A stretch of DNA of 64,000 nucleotides from an uncultured delta proteobacterium (GCA_963826785.1 CAWGYD010000004.1:384001-448000), one strand, 5' to 3'; positions 21,642-32,289 are shown, counted from the first letter of the stretch. Numbers and translations are program-made. The notes: a model not told the origin generated them from the sequence alone.

Positions 21642-21883
21642 GCCGTACCTCCATCAAAAAATTTTCCGACACCGGACTTTTCGATCATCTTGTCATAAGT
21701 ATAAGGATAAAAAGGCGCCGGCGCCATATTATTTTCATCGTAATACAGGAATGAAAAACGCATCTTTTGCGTCAAGCGCGCTCCATTTGCGCCTTCTACT
21801 ATCATATTGACCGGAGTCGATCATCTTGTTACCATCCTGAAAAATGACATAAAGGAATCTATGCAATAATCAAGGAGTGCGTC

Positions 21884-23152
21884 ATGAAATTGAATAAACA
21901 GTTGAGCGGTCTGCTTGTTTTGTCAATTTTCGGGTTGGCCATGCTGTCTGCATGTGCATCCTCCACCCCGCCGCTGGTGACTGCGGCCGGCCAGGGGGAA
22001 ACCGAAGCCGTCAATCAGCTGATCGCCTCCGGGGTAGATGTGAATGCGGCGACGAAACAGGGGATTACCCCGCTGTTCGCGGCTGCGGCCGCAGGCCGAA
22101 AAGAGATGACGGCCCGGCTGCTGGAAAGGGGTGCCGACGTGAATGCGGCCGCAACGCAGGCGCATGTCCTTGATGAGATGATGGTTTATCCGGGAATGAC
22201 CCCCCTGATGGCCGCGCTGGCAAATGCGCATCCAGAGGTCGCCCGTCTCCTGGTCGAAAGCGGGGCGGATGTGAACATGAAAACCGCATCCGGCCTTACG
22301 GCGATGATGATCGCTTCTTTCAATGGAAATGACGAAATGGTGAAGCTTCTGCTGGAGAAAAAGGCCGATCCGAATGCCGCCCTCACCGAAGACATCGTTT
22401 TTGCCCAGCATCCCGTATACACCGGCAGCTGCCCCGTTCTGGCCGCAGCCAATGCCGGCAGCGTCAAATGCATGCAGCTGCTGCTCCGGGCCGGAGCGGA
22501 TTTTAATGCCGCCGACCGGCTGGGCAATTCATTGCTGATGGAAGCAGCCGCCAAAGGCAACCTGCATGCGGTAAAATTCCTGATTGCGCACGGGGCGGAC
22601 GTGAACGGCCGGTCCACCGAGACGCTCAAGATCGGCCAGGACGTCACGCCCAAGGGGTATTCCGTTTTGTCCGCCGCCGCGGCTAACGGGCATGCGGAGG
22701 TGGTAAAATACCTCATCGAAAAGGGCGCGGACGTCAACACCAAAGATGATGAAATGCTCATCGACCCCCTTTTCCTGGCATCCGGCAAGGGCCACATGGA
22801 GGTGGTGGAAATTCTGGTGGAAAACGGCGCGGATGTGTTTGCCCTTTCCAAAATGGGAACCGCCCTGAATACGTCAAGACACAACGGGTATGACAATATC
22901 GCCAAGTATATCATGAGCGCCCGGGCTGCCCAATTGGCCGCAGAGCAGGCCGCTGCGGAGGAAAAAGCAAAGCCCAAGGAAAAACCTGAGGAAATGCAGG
23001 ATAAAGAAGCAATATTCGATTGGGCCGGGCAGCAATTAAGGCGCCCGCCGTTTCGATTAATTGTTTTAATCCCAATGGCAAAGCTAAGCGTGAGTCTCCC
23101 AGATAGAGACAAAAGGTTTAGCGAAAAAGGCAAAGAGGAGAACGCTGATTAA
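21884..23152 (+). CDS. Ankyrin-repeat lipoprotein
   Basis: Signal peptide with lipobox LSAC; repeated TPL..AA..G....V..LL..GADVN units; C-terminal end uncertain. Confidence 0.85.
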   Translation: MKLNKQLSGLLVLSIFGLAMLSACASSTPPLVTAAGQGETEAVNQLIASGVDVNAATKQGITPLFAAAAAGRKEMTARLLERGADVNAAATQAHVLDEMMVYPGMTPLMAALANAHPEVARLLVESGADVNMKTASGLTAMMIASFNGNDEMVKLLLEKKADPNAALTEDIVFAQHPVYTGSCPVLAAANAGSVKCMQLLLRAGADFNAADRLGNSLLMEAAAKGNLHAVKFLIAHGADVNGRSTETLKIGQDVTPKGYSVLSAAAANGHAEVVKYLIEKGADVNTKDDEMLIDPLFLASGKGHMEVVEILVENGADVFALSKMGTALNTSRHNGYDNIAKYIMSARAAQLAAEQAAAEEKAKPKEKPEEMQDKEAIFDWAGQQLRRPPFRLIVLIPMAKLSVSLPDRDKRFSEKGKEENAD

Positions 23153-23180
23153 CAGAATTGCATCGCGACCGGATCTGTCT

Positions 23181-25037
23181 GTGCCGCTCCTCTGCCTGTT
23201 TCTTATTTTGCTGAATGCGGGCCCCGCCATCGGGGATACACGCCTTTCGATCCGGGTCACCGATCCCCTGCCGGAAGAATACAGCCTCGTTCTGAAGCAG
23301 GATATCGGGGCGGGGTCGCTGCTGAGGCTGCAGGCGGACTCCATCCAGCAATTCAACCATTTCAGTATCCTTGAAGTCAGTGTGGCCGGGCATGTCCTGA
23401 AGGAAGTCCATCATGGTTCAGATGAAGAACTGCGAAAAGACTGGAACTGGTTTATTGCCACGCTGCCCATGGTCACCGTCGTGACGGCCGAACCCCTCCG
23501 GGCGGGTGATCGGATCGATATCCGCACGAAGAATAACAGGCAAAATCAGGCAAATCCCGGGGTCTCAAGCTACAGCGGTCTGAACTGGTCGATTCGCTTC
23601 GTGCAGGTCGACGATATCCGGGCGGTGGATGCAAAACCGGTGAGCGAAACCGTGACCATTGAATTTGTTCCGGGCGAGCCGGTGGGGCTGGAAGCCTATT
23701 TAAAGCCAGACGGCCGGCTGCTGGTCACGCCCTGTGATGTTTTCGGCAACCCGGCCAGGCGCGCGGGAATGGGAATCTCCGTAAATGACGGCAGCCGCAT
23801 CCACACGGCCAGGTTAGACGATGCCGTGCCGACCGTGTTGACGCTCTCACCTTCGGTCGAGCGGGTGGAGGTGAGGGACGCCTTCGACCGATGTGCGCTC
23901 AGCAACGCCCTTCCCATTGCCCTTGACGGAACCCCCGTCTGGTTTGGTGACTTTCACTGGCATACCCTGGTCAGCGGCGACGGTCAGCGCGATCCGGAAA
24001 AGGCCATGCGGGCCGCACGCGACGAGTTGGGCCTCGATTTTGCCGGACCGAGCGACCATATCGCCGCCGACGGCGACTATCACAACCGGTTCGATCTTCA
24101 TGTTTCAGATCTGACCGGTCTGGTTGGCCGCTTCGAATCGCCGGGAACATTTGCCGTTATCACCGGGGCCGAACGGAGCACCCGCCACGGCCACGCCAAT
24201 ATCTATGCGGACAGCGACGAAATATGGGCGCAGGTTACGGGAAAATGCGCCGCATCCGGCATGAACCGGCAGGTCAACACCTTCCCGCACCAGGAGATCC
24301 AGAAGATTCTCCCGGCCGGGCATGCATTCTATGTTCCCCATCATACCAACGTGGATTCATTTGTGGAAGGCGGGGTTACTTCTGCCGTTGACGGGCTTCC
24401 GCTCTGGTATGCCATGTCTTTTCCCCTGCCCGCCGATCGCGATTTCGTGCGGCTGTTCGAAATGTGCCAGCTGCGCGGCTGTTTTGAAACCGAGGAACTT
24501 TGTCCGGAATGGGGCGTACGGTACGGCGGTTTCGGTGCCAGTGCGCGATCGGCCCTGGGCCGCGGCTATCATATCGGATTCACGGGGGGCAGCGACAACC
24601 ATTGCGGCTGGCCCACCCGCGCACCGGGCAAGACCGTCGGATTGACCGGCGTGGTATCGGCGCAATTGGACCGCAAATCGATCTTTGACGCCCTTTACGC
24701 CCGGCGCTGTTATGCCACCACCGGTGCGCGCATCGTGGCCGATGCGGCATTGAACGGGTATCCCATCGGAAGCGAGCTGAAGCTCAATCCCGGTGAAGCG
24801 CGTATTTTTGAGATCATGATCAAGGGAACCGCACCGATCGAGAAGGTGCAGGTGATCTCGGCCGGAACGGTGCTGGCCGACCTGCCGGTAAAAGGGGCCT
24901 CCCTTGATTTTTCGTGTGAGTGGCAAGATGACCGACCGGGCAGGCCCCTGGATGACACCTATTATTATGTGCGCGCCCGTCAGGCGGATGGACACTGCGT
25001 CTGGCTCAGCCCCTGGTGGATCGATCTGCCCGAGTAA
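23181..25037 (+). CDS. Exported PHP-like metallohydrolase (DUF3604 / CehA-McbA-like)
   Basis: Hydrophobic N-terminus; WFGDFHWHT..SGDG, LDF...SDH, GGSDNH, ALYARRCYATTG, YYYVRARQADG..WLSP. Confidence 0.7.
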   Translation: MPLLCLFLILLNAGPAIGDTRLSIRVTDPLPEEYSLVLKQDIGAGSLLRLQADSIQQFNHFSILEVSVAGHVLKEVHHGSDEELRKDWNWFIATLPMVTVVTAEPLRAGDRIDIRTKNNRQNQANPGVSSYSGLNWSIRFVQVDDIRAVDAKPVSETVTIEFVPGEPVGLEAYLKPDGRLLVTPCDVFGNPARRAGMGISVNDGSRIHTARLDDAVPTVLTLSPSVERVEVRDAFDRCALSNALPIALDGTPVWFGDFHWHTLVSGDGQRDPEKAMRAARDELGLDFAGPSDHIAADGDYHNRFDLHVSDLTGLVGRFESPGTFAVITGAERSTRHGHANIYADSDEIWAQVTGKCAASGMNRQVNTFPHQEIQKILPAGHAFYVPHHTNVDSFVEGGVTSAVDGLPLWYAMSFPLPADRDFVRLFEMCQLRGCFETEELCPEWGVRYGGFGASARSALGRGYHIGFTGGSDNHCGWPTRAPGKTVGLTGVVSAQLDRKSIFDALYARRCYATTGARIVADAALNGYPIGSELKLNPGEARIFEIMIKGTAPIEKVQVISAGTVLADLPVKGASLDFSCEWQDDRPGRPLDDTYYYVRARQADGHCVWLSPWWIDLPE

Positions 25038-25135
25038 ACGGTTGATGTAAACGATTGTGCGATCGGCAAGATGAAAAATTTCGTCATTTTCTTCTGCGCG
25101 GGCATTACGATAACCCGGTTCTCTGTTTTTCGAAT

Positions 25136-26011
25136 TTATATCCCTGCCATTTCTGCAAAATTTTTGCCCTTGATCATCTCCTTTTCTTCGGCGGATACCG
25201 GCAGACGATTGATCTCGGTGAGAATGGCGCCGTGGTCGTACAGGTGATCCTCGGGTGACGGATATCCGAAGGGGCCGTCGGTACCGTAGAAGCATTTTTT
25301 TGGCCCCAGTGCGGCAACGGCGGCCCGACGGAGCGGCTCATCCAGGTAGGGGCTGGACAGGTCGATGTACACGTTCTTCTTGTCCTCGATGTATGCCCAC
25401 AGTTTTTTGTAAAACGGCACCCCGGCATGGGCATATACCAGCTTGAGCTTCGGGTGCCGCTCCGGCAGGTGTCTGAAATCCCCATTTGCGCTGTTTCCCC
25501 CCAGGTGCAGCAGCAGGGGCAGACCGCGCTCCACGCAGAAAGCGGCCGCATCATCGAGCTGGCTTACCGGGTAGCGGTGCCAGTACGGGTGGCACTTGAT
25601 GCCGATCCATTTCTTGGAGTCAAGCCCCCTCTCCATTGCCCCAACCGCGTCTTCTTTTGCCGGGTTGATGAAGAACCAACCGTAAAACCGGTCCGGGTGC
25701 GCTTTTAATGCGGCTGCCACGGGCTGGTTGTCGGGCTGTTGATCGATATCGTATTTCTTGCCCAGTATGTTGAACTGGCCGTTTTTGGTGACGACGCTTT
25801 CATATACCTTCCGCCCGAGAAAATTCCATCTTCCCGCCTGGAGGTTGCGGACAAATTTCGCCAGCTTTTCAGCCGTTCCCTCCACGTGAAAGGGATCCAC
25901 CATGGGCGGCACCAGGGCGATGCGGTCGATGCCGTGCCGGTCCATCTGGGCGATGAGCCGGTCCATTGTCTCCATCCGTTCATCCAGGTGATAATGCATG
26001 TCGATGATCAT
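25136..26011 (-). CDS. Amidohydrolase_2 family metal-dependent hydrolase
   Basis: IIDMHYH, GIKCHP, LLLHLG, AHAG, YIDLS, FYGTDGP. Confidence 0.85.
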   Translation of the reverse strand: MIIDMHYHLDERMETMDRLIAQMDRHGIDRIALVPPMVDPFHVEGTAEKLAKFVRNLQAGRWNFLGRKVYESVVTKNGQFNILGKKYDIDQQPDNQPVAAALKAHPDRFYGWFFINPAKEDAVGAMERGLDSKKWIGIKCHPYWHRYPVSQLDDAAAFCVERGLPLLLHLGGNSANGDFRHLPERHPKLKLVYAHAGVPFYKKLWAYIEDKKNVYIDLSSPYLDEPLRRAAVAALGPKKCFYGTDGPFGYPSPEDHLYDHGAILTEINRLPVSAEEKEMIKGKNFAEMAGI

Positions 26012-26122
26012 CTCGCGCCTCCTTTTTTGAGGGTAAACGGGCTTTTATTTTTTGGTTTGAAGTGATTCAGCCTTCGGCCTGGCATCCCCGGTCCCCCCGA
26101 TATGGGAGGAATAAGGTGAGGG

Positions 26123-27547
26123 TTACCCGTTGATGGACGCAAACAGGTGTTCAGCTGTTTTGACCCATTGGGCAAATGCGGCGCCATCCCATTTCTCCGG
26201 ATACTTCCGGTAGTGGCTGAATATCTTTTTGCCCATGGTGGTGGCCCGGTTCAGCTTCATCAGCAGCCCGGGGCGGGTGATCCCGTTGACCAGGGTGCTG
26301 ACCATGGTCGCAAGATCCGGGGGTTCGAAGATGCCGTTGATGGTGGGGGTCAGCATATTGCCGCTCATGATGTCTTTTTTCATCAGAAACGTGAGATCCT
26401 CGTGGGACAGGTCCTGCAAAATTTCCTTCAGTGCCGCCAGTGCCGCAAAGTGGCTGCCGCGCCGGGTGAACCAGAGATGATTATACGGCCAGAGATTCTC
26501 CATGGTGCAGGCTTCTTTCTTCAAGGCGGCCTGGATGGTTTCGGCCGCCAGCAGTGCGCCGGTCAACGCCCCGCCCACGCCGCACCCCGTGGTGGGGATC
26601 ACCTGGCCGGCGGCATCGCCCACGGCCAGGAACCCGGGGGCAGCCAGTGACCAGGGGGACTTGCCCACCAGGACGATGCCGCCGCCCCCGCGCAGTTCCT
26701 CTCCGGTAATCGACGGCCGCTCGGCGATCATTTCCCCGATGACTTTCAAGGGATCGACCCGGCCGGGCTCTTCCCGGACCCCGCCGCCGATATCGATGGA
26801 ATCCTTATGATGCAGATGCGTCCAGAAGTATCCCTTGAAGGCGCCGTATCGGTAATGGTCCGTCAGATCGTCATCTGCTGCAAGCTTGACATCGAGCCGC
26901 CGAACCGTTCGGCAGGCATATGCCAGGTCTCCCCCGGAAAATGCCGTTCGGATTTCCGGTGCGCCCGCAAGTTTCGTGCGCAGCTGGGAAAGATACCCGG
27001 TGGCGTCCACCACCATGTCCGCTGAAATTTCAGCAGTGGACCCGGTTTCCATATCGGTGACGATCAGCCCCTCCACCCGGATGCTTTCCAAAGATGCGTC
27101 CGTGTTTCCGATCAGCCCGTCCACCCGGTGCCGGTAGAATATCTTGGCCCCGGCGGCTCCCGCCTGTTTTGCCAGGCGGGAGCCGAGCACCTTCCGGTCG
27201 GTGGTGATGTACCTGAATTCCACCCCGCTGCGGGTGGCCCCTGAAAGGTCGGGAAACCGGATCTGGAGCGGATCGATCCGGTGGGGTTCGAAGATGTTGT
27301 CGTCGTCTTCGCCGGATTTGACCAGCTTTCCTTTGAATCGGCCGTCCACCACCGCAGGGATATCGAATCCCGCAGCGGCCAGTGCCGATTTCTCCACCGC
27401 GTCGGACCAGTTGTGCCCAAGCGTGCCTTCCGATTTCAGTTCAAAGACCGCCACCGAGATTCCGGCTGAAGCCAGCTGCCGGGCCAGCAGGGTGCCCCCC
27501 GGCCCTGCGCCGGCGATGACGACCTGGTAATCCTTTGGAGATTTCAT
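26123..27547 (-). CDS. FAD-dependent oxidoreductase, geranylgeranyl-reductase family
   Basis: IAGAGPGG, VVDATG, GYFW, VGDAAGQVIPTTGCG. Confidence 0.8.
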   Translation of the reverse strand: MKSPKDYQVVIAGAGPGGTLLARQLASAGISVAVFELKSEGTLGHNWSDAVEKSALAAAGFDIPAVVDGRFKGKLVKSGEDDDNIFEPHRIDPLQIRFPDLSGATRSGVEFRYITTDRKVLGSRLAKQAGAAGAKIFYRHRVDGLIGNTDASLESIRVEGLIVTDMETGSTAEISADMVVDATGYLSQLRTKLAGAPEIRTAFSGGDLAYACRTVRRLDVKLAADDDLTDHYRYGAFKGYFWTHLHHKDSIDIGGGVREEPGRVDPLKVIGEMIAERPSITGEELRGGGGIVLVGKSPWSLAAPGFLAVGDAAGQVIPTTGCGVGGALTGALLAAETIQAALKKEACTMENLWPYNHLWFTRRGSHFAALAALKEILQDLSHEDLTFLMKKDIMSGNMLTPTINGIFEPPDLATMVSTLVNGITRPGLLMKLNRATTMGKKIFSHYRKYPEKWDGAAFAQWVKTAEHLFASING

Positions 27548-27922
27548 GAGATCTTCCCCTCCCAATTTGGATGATAATGATGAAATCTAACTCTTTATCG
27601 GAACAACCGTCAACCAGTTTCAGAAAGAGGTAGCGCGACTGTTCGATTTTGTCGGGATTTACTGGTCGCACACTGTCTTTGGCGCCATGTTTTACCGAGC
27701 CGTGTGCCCATGACAACGTTTATGGCCATCACCGCATCCACGCGCCGGCTTTTCAGAAACTTATTTAATCTTGTGAATTGAATAAATCAATTATGATCAA
27801 AATTACAATAGAAATTAAGAATTTGACTCAACATGGCCCCTGGTCTATGGCTTACCCATAAACTGGCGCGATCACGGATCTGTTTGCTCCGCCGCCAAAA
27901 ATATCAAACCGGAGTGTAGACC

Positions 27923-29125
27923 ATGAATAATGATCCATCCACCTTTGAGCCCTTGATTAACGATGGTCTAAACGGCCAGCCGCCTGCCAAGCGGGTGCTG
28001 AAGTATGTTCAGTCCAGAAAAGAGAGGGGCGCGCCCATCGCAGGCGTCTATTGCGCCTATGCGCCGGTGGAACTCCTGCAGGCCATGGGCATTGTGCCCG
28101 CGGTGTTGTGCGCATTCTCGAAAATCCCCATCGAGTCCGCCGAGTCCGTTCTTCCGGCCAATTTGTGCCCGTTGATCAAGTCCAGCTACGGCTTTGTCCT
28201 GGAGGGGACCTGTCCCTTTTTCGCCATGGCCGATACCGTCATTGCCGAAACCACATGCGACGGCAAGAAAAAGATGTTTGAACTCATCTCCGAGGTCAAG
28301 CCCATCCACGTGATGGATCTGCCCCAGCTTCCCGATGAAGCCGAGGCGCAGGCCAATTGGCGCCAGATGATTATCAAGCTCAAGAATTTCCTGGAGAATC
28401 GTTTTAATATCAATGTTTCCGACCGGCAGATCGAAGAAAACCTTCAGATGTCCAACCGCAAAAACCGGCTGATGCGAAAGATTTTTGATTTTGCCGCCAT
28501 GCATCCGCCGGTGATCAGCTGGCAGGAAATGTACGAGGTCTGCTGGCTGGCACTGCCGTCAACGGGGCAGGAGATCATCCCGCTGCTGGAATCGGTGGTG
28601 CAAAAGCTGGAAAACCGTGCGGCCGCCGGCTGCCACTTCGGAACACCGGATTCCCCCCGGGTGCTGGTAACGGGAAGCCCCGTCAGCGGGGATGCGGCCA
28701 AGATCTTCAAGGTCATCGAAGCGGCCGGGGGGGTGGTGGTGGCCCCGGATAACTGCACGGGGATGAAGCCTTTCATGGGTGATTTTGCCGAAAACACGGG
28801 AGATCCCATCGGATCACTGGCAAGCCGGTATCTTAAAATCCCGTGCGCCTGCATGTCCCCCAATACCCGCCGCCTGGATGCGCTTTCGGAAATGATTGAA
28901 AAATTTGCGCCCGACGTGGTGATCGACTTTATTCTCCAGGCCTGCCATGCCTATAATGTAGAATCCTACAAGGTCGGCAACCACGTGACCGAAAACCACG
29001 GGGTGGCCTTCCTGAAAGTGGAATCCGACTATTCTGAGACCGACATCGGACAGATCAGGACCCGCATCGAAGCCGTTTTTGAAATGCTGCCCGCCAAAAA
29101 GAAGGCCGGGGCAGGGGCATTGTAG
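27923..29125 (+). CDS. 2-hydroxyacyl-CoA dehydratase family, probably double-cubane [8Fe-9S] cluster reductase (DCCP-like)
   Basis: YCAYAP.E, LPANLCPLIKSSYG, CPFF, ETTCDGKKK, NCTG, CACMSPN, QACH, ESDYS..D.GQI.TR.EA. Confidence 0.75.
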   Translation: MNNDPSTFEPLINDGLNGQPPAKRVLKYVQSRKERGAPIAGVYCAYAPVELLQAMGIVPAVLCAFSKIPIESAESVLPANLCPLIKSSYGFVLEGTCPFFAMADTVIAETTCDGKKKMFELISEVKPIHVMDLPQLPDEAEAQANWRQMIIKLKNFLENRFNINVSDRQIEENLQMSNRKNRLMRKIFDFAAMHPPVISWQEMYEVCWLALPSTGQEIIPLLESVVQKLENRAAAGCHFGTPDSPRVLVTGSPVSGDAAKIFKVIEAAGGVVVAPDNCTGMKPFMGDFAENTGDPIGSLASRYLKIPCACMSPNTRRLDALSEMIEKFAPDVVIDFILQACHAYNVESYKVGNHVTENHGVAFLKVESDYSETDIGQIRTRIEAVFEMLPAKKKAGAGAL

Positions 29126-29232
29126 TGCCCTGATCACTTTGTCAGGATGCCAGGCGGTCGGCTTTGACCTTCAATCATGCCGCCGCTGCATCGGGGACCA
29201 GACGGTCAATCCCTTTTTTTCTCGTTTTTCAA

Positions 29233-29260
29233 CCCCCCCCGCCATTTTCTGCGCGGGGGG
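29233..29260. terminator. GC hairpin between convergent genes
   Basis: CCCCCCGC..GCGGGGGG stem with nearby T-rich tracts. Confidence 0.4.
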
Positions 29261-29284
29261 CATTTCTCAGCCCCTTTCAGGACT

Positions 29285-30031
29285 TCAGTCGCGTTTATTC
29301 AAGGGGCATACCTTCAGGCATTCGTCGCAGGCCAGCCAGTAGTCATTTCCCGCCGTGTTGATCACCCGTTCGATATGCTTGAGGCCCTGTTCGTCCTTGA
29401 GGGCCAGGGGATAGATGGCATGTTTGATGGTATGGCCCAGGCAGGTCATCTTCTGAAACTCCCCGGTTTCAGAAAAAGCGCTGGACTGGCATTTCTGCTG
29501 GCAGGCATGGCATTTTTCCGGGCAGGGCATCTGGTCGTTTACCGGGTCTGCCGGCATTGGCGCGCTGGTGATCACGGCCCCGAGCCGCAGCAATGCGCCG
29601 TATTGCGGATGATACATCAATCCGCTTCTCCCGAAGGCCCCCAGGCCGGCGTTTACGGCCGCATGCTTCAGTGAAATCATTCCCCACGGTTCAAATTCAT
29701 GAAAAACCAGCGGGGCGTAGCTCGGGATCATCACCGTATCGAAGCGGCCCTGATCCTCGATGAAGTTGCACAATTCGAAACTGATCTCGTCCAGGTGCCG
29801 GTAGACCGTATGATAGGCGCGCTGAAGAAGATGCAGATTGTACGCCGGAGACGACAGAACGCCCCTGGACACGGGGATGCCAAATACGATCACGGTCCGG
29901 GCATCCTTGCACACCCTTCCCGGATGATGCGCCTCCGGTGCGGCATTAAACCGGTCGATGGAAGCAAAGCCGAGTGCGGAGACCCTGCCGGAAAGAAACT
30001 TTGTGATCGATTCTTTCAAAGCCATATTCAT
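29285..30031 (-). CDS. Epoxyqueuosine-reductase-like 4Fe-4S protein
   Basis: SLKHAAVNAGLG.FG..GL..HP.YG..LRLG.VIT, CPEKCHACQQKC, C, CDECLKVCP. Confidence 0.75.
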   Translation of the reverse strand: MNMALKESITKFLSGRVSALGFASIDRFNAAPEAHHPGRVCKDARTVIVFGIPVSRGVLSSPAYNLHLLQRAYHTVYRHLDEISFELCNFIEDQGRFDTVMIPSYAPLVFHEFEPWGMISLKHAAVNAGLGAFGRSGLMYHPQYGALLRLGAVITSAPMPADPVNDQMPCPEKCHACQQKCQSSAFSETGEFQKMTCLGHTIKHAIYPLALKDEQGLKHIERVINTAGNDYWLACDECLKVCPLNKRD

Positions 30032-30072
30032 TTTATTTCCTCCTTCGTCTTCTTTGCGCAGGTCTGAAGAAG

Positions 30073-30105
30073 TGTATGCTGCCATACAAGTTACTTGCAT
30101 ACAAG
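30073..30105. promoter_or_regulatory. Candidate MarR operator
   Basis: Palindrome TGTATG-CTGC-CATACA plus CTTGCATACAAG; an 11/12 match lies inverted at 30733-30744 upstream of marR. Confidence 0.55.
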
Positions 30106-30268
30106 GTTTGCCGGCTGAAACCGTTCGGTTACCCGCCGGGCTCGATAGATGCGGTTTTTTTGATTCATTGAATCAGACAGAGTGAATTTTCGCGGTCTTT
30201 GCGTCCTGACGAGCGATTCAGGCTTTTTGCAGTTTCATCCAAATTTTTCTGCCATTAAGACCGAAAAA

Positions 30269-30691
30269 TTACCCGATCGCCTGCTGCCGGACTTTCAGGA
30301 GCAGTTCTTTTAACATCGCCTGTTCGGCCGAACTGAGCGGCTGCAGGAACTCCCGGTTGGCCTCATCCGAAAGGGCCCGGATCTTGAGGGTGGTGCCGCG
30401 GCCTTTTTCGGTCAGGCAGATTCGGATGGCCCGCCGGTCTTCGGGATGGGGCCGCCGCTCGATGAAATTCCCCGCTTCCAGCCGGTCCAGTATGCCGGTA
30501 AGGGTCGCGCTGTCCAGAAGGGTCCGGCTGCCCAGTTCGCAGGAGGGGATTTCGTCCTCGTCCCCCAGGAAACCCAGTACCATTGCCTGGGCCGTGGTGA
30601 GGCTCAAGCAGGAAACGACATTGGACCAGAACCGGGCCCCCGCCTGGTTGGCCTTTGCCAGATGAAAAAATATGCAATCCGTGACTTTCAT
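30269..30691 (-). CDS. MarR-family transcriptional regulator
   Basis: LT.AQ..VL, D.ATLTGILDRLE..NFIERR.HPEDRRA..I.LTEKG. Confidence 0.92.
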   Translation of the reverse strand: MKVTDCIFFHLAKANQAGARFWSNVVSCLSLTTAQAMVLGFLGDEDEIPSCELGSRTLLDSATLTGILDRLEAGNFIERRPHPEDRRAIRICLTEKGRGTTLKIRALSDEANREFLQPLSSAEQAMLKELLLKVRQQAIG

Positions 30692-30952
30692 GATGATATG
30701 GGGATATCCTTCGATTATGGTTATGTATGTGGCTCGTATGCAAGCATTAATGTGAGCGTTTAGTCAAGATAAATTGCGTCAACTCTTTTTTCTTTCCAAA
30801 ATACCTTTTGCAGGGCCGTCAAATACATCATCTACCCCATATGCACATCCCCTGCTGCTGAAGGAAATTGAGTTTGACTTTGACGCTTTTTCAATAATTC
30901 AAATGAAGCGCAGAAGCGAAGCGAAAGTTTTTAAATTGAAAGGCGGTGCGGG

Positions 30953-32227
30953 ATGATGAAATCGGGGGGCGGCATGAATACAGACAAAATGCGCAAAATG
31001 TCCGGTACGATCCGGATTCTGGCCATTGCGGTGGTGCTTGTTTTTGCGGTGTTCCTGGGTCGGCAGGTCTTCAGCGGGTTTACCCCGTCGGACCGGATAC
31101 CGGCGGATGCCAAATCTGATTTCGGTTTGATGGCCGAGGCATGGAATGCCATCCAGGCCCACTACGTGGACAGGTCGTCCGTAAAACCGGTGCCAATGAC
31201 ATATGGCGCCATCAGCGGCATGGTGGCTGCCCTGGGGGATGATGACCACAGCACATTTCTCACCCCGGAGATGCTCAAGAAGGAAAACGAATATACGCAG
31301 GGCCAGTATAAGGGGATCGGTGCCGAGGTGAAGATGAAAAATGGACAGGTGACCGTGGTAACGCCAATTGACGGCTCCCCGGCGCAGAAGGCTGGCCTCA
31401 AACCCGGCGAAGTCATCCTGGCGGTTGACGGCCAGAATGTTTCCGGTCTCAAGCTGATTCAAGTGGTCAAACGGATTGCCGGTCCGGAGGGTACCGAGGT
31501 CACCCTTTCGATTCTCGACCCGGTTACCGGCAAAACCCGCAAAGTTACATTGGTGCGGGCCGAAATTACCGTGGACAACGTGAGCCTGCAGCGGCTTCCC
31601 GGAACCCGGATCGACCATTTGCGGATCGCGGGGTTCAGCGAAAATGTCACGAAAAACCTGAAAACAGCCCTCATGAAGCTAAAGAGCGACGACTCCGCAG
31701 GGATTATCCTGGACCTGCGAAACAATCCGGGCGGTCTTCTGGAAAAAGCCGTTTCCGTCGCCAGTCAGTTCCTGGCCGGGGGGAATGTGCTTCTGGAAAA
31801 AAACGCCCGGGGGAAGATCAAAAAGGTCCCCGTGGAAAAGGGGGGCGCGGCACTGCATATACCCATGGTGGCATTGGTGAACGGCGGCACCGCCAGCGCC
31901 GCTGAAATTGTGGCCGGGGCGCTTCAGGACCACGGCCGGGCAGAGCTGGTGGGAACCAAAACGTTTGGCACCGGGACGGTGCTTCGGGAGTTTCCCCTGT
32001 CTGACGGTTCGGTCATGCTTCTGGCAGTGGAGGAGTGGCTGACGCCGGATGGCAGAACCATCTGGCACAAGGGAATCGAGCCCAACCGGGTAATCGATCT
32101 GCCGGAAGGTACCGCCCCGCTGTTTCCTATGGAAGAACGCAACATGACCCCGCAGCAGCTTGAACAGAGCAAAGACCGGCAATTGCTTTACGCCTTGGGC
32201 CTTCTCACCGAAAAGCAGGGCCGATGA
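30953..32227 (+). CDS. C-terminal processing protease (S41A, PDZ)
   Basis: GIGA, GSPAQKAGL, ILDLRNNPGG, TASAAEIVAGALQD, TFGTG. Confidence 0.9.
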   Translation: MMKSGGGMNTDKMRKMSGTIRILAIAVVLVFAVFLGRQVFSGFTPSDRIPADAKSDFGLMAEAWNAIQAHYVDRSSVKPVPMTYGAISGMVAALGDDDHSTFLTPEMLKKENEYTQGQYKGIGAEVKMKNGQVTVVTPIDGSPAQKAGLKPGEVILAVDGQNVSGLKLIQVVKRIAGPEGTEVTLSILDPVTGKTRKVTLVRAEITVDNVSLQRLPGTRIDHLRIAGFSENVTKNLKTALMKLKSDDSAGIILDLRNNPGGLLEKAVSVASQFLAGGNVLLEKNARGKIKKVPVEKGGAALHIPMVALVNGGTASAAEIVAGALQDHGRAELVGTKTFGTGTVLREFPLSDGSVMLLAVEEWLTPDGRTIWHKGIEPNRVIDLPEGTAPLFPMEERNMTPQQLEQSKDRQLLYALGLLTEKQGR

Positions 32228-32289
32228 TGCCCCAATTCGGAACGCGGCCCGGTTATTCTTGTATCCTGGAGATCACGCACGGCTCGGGC

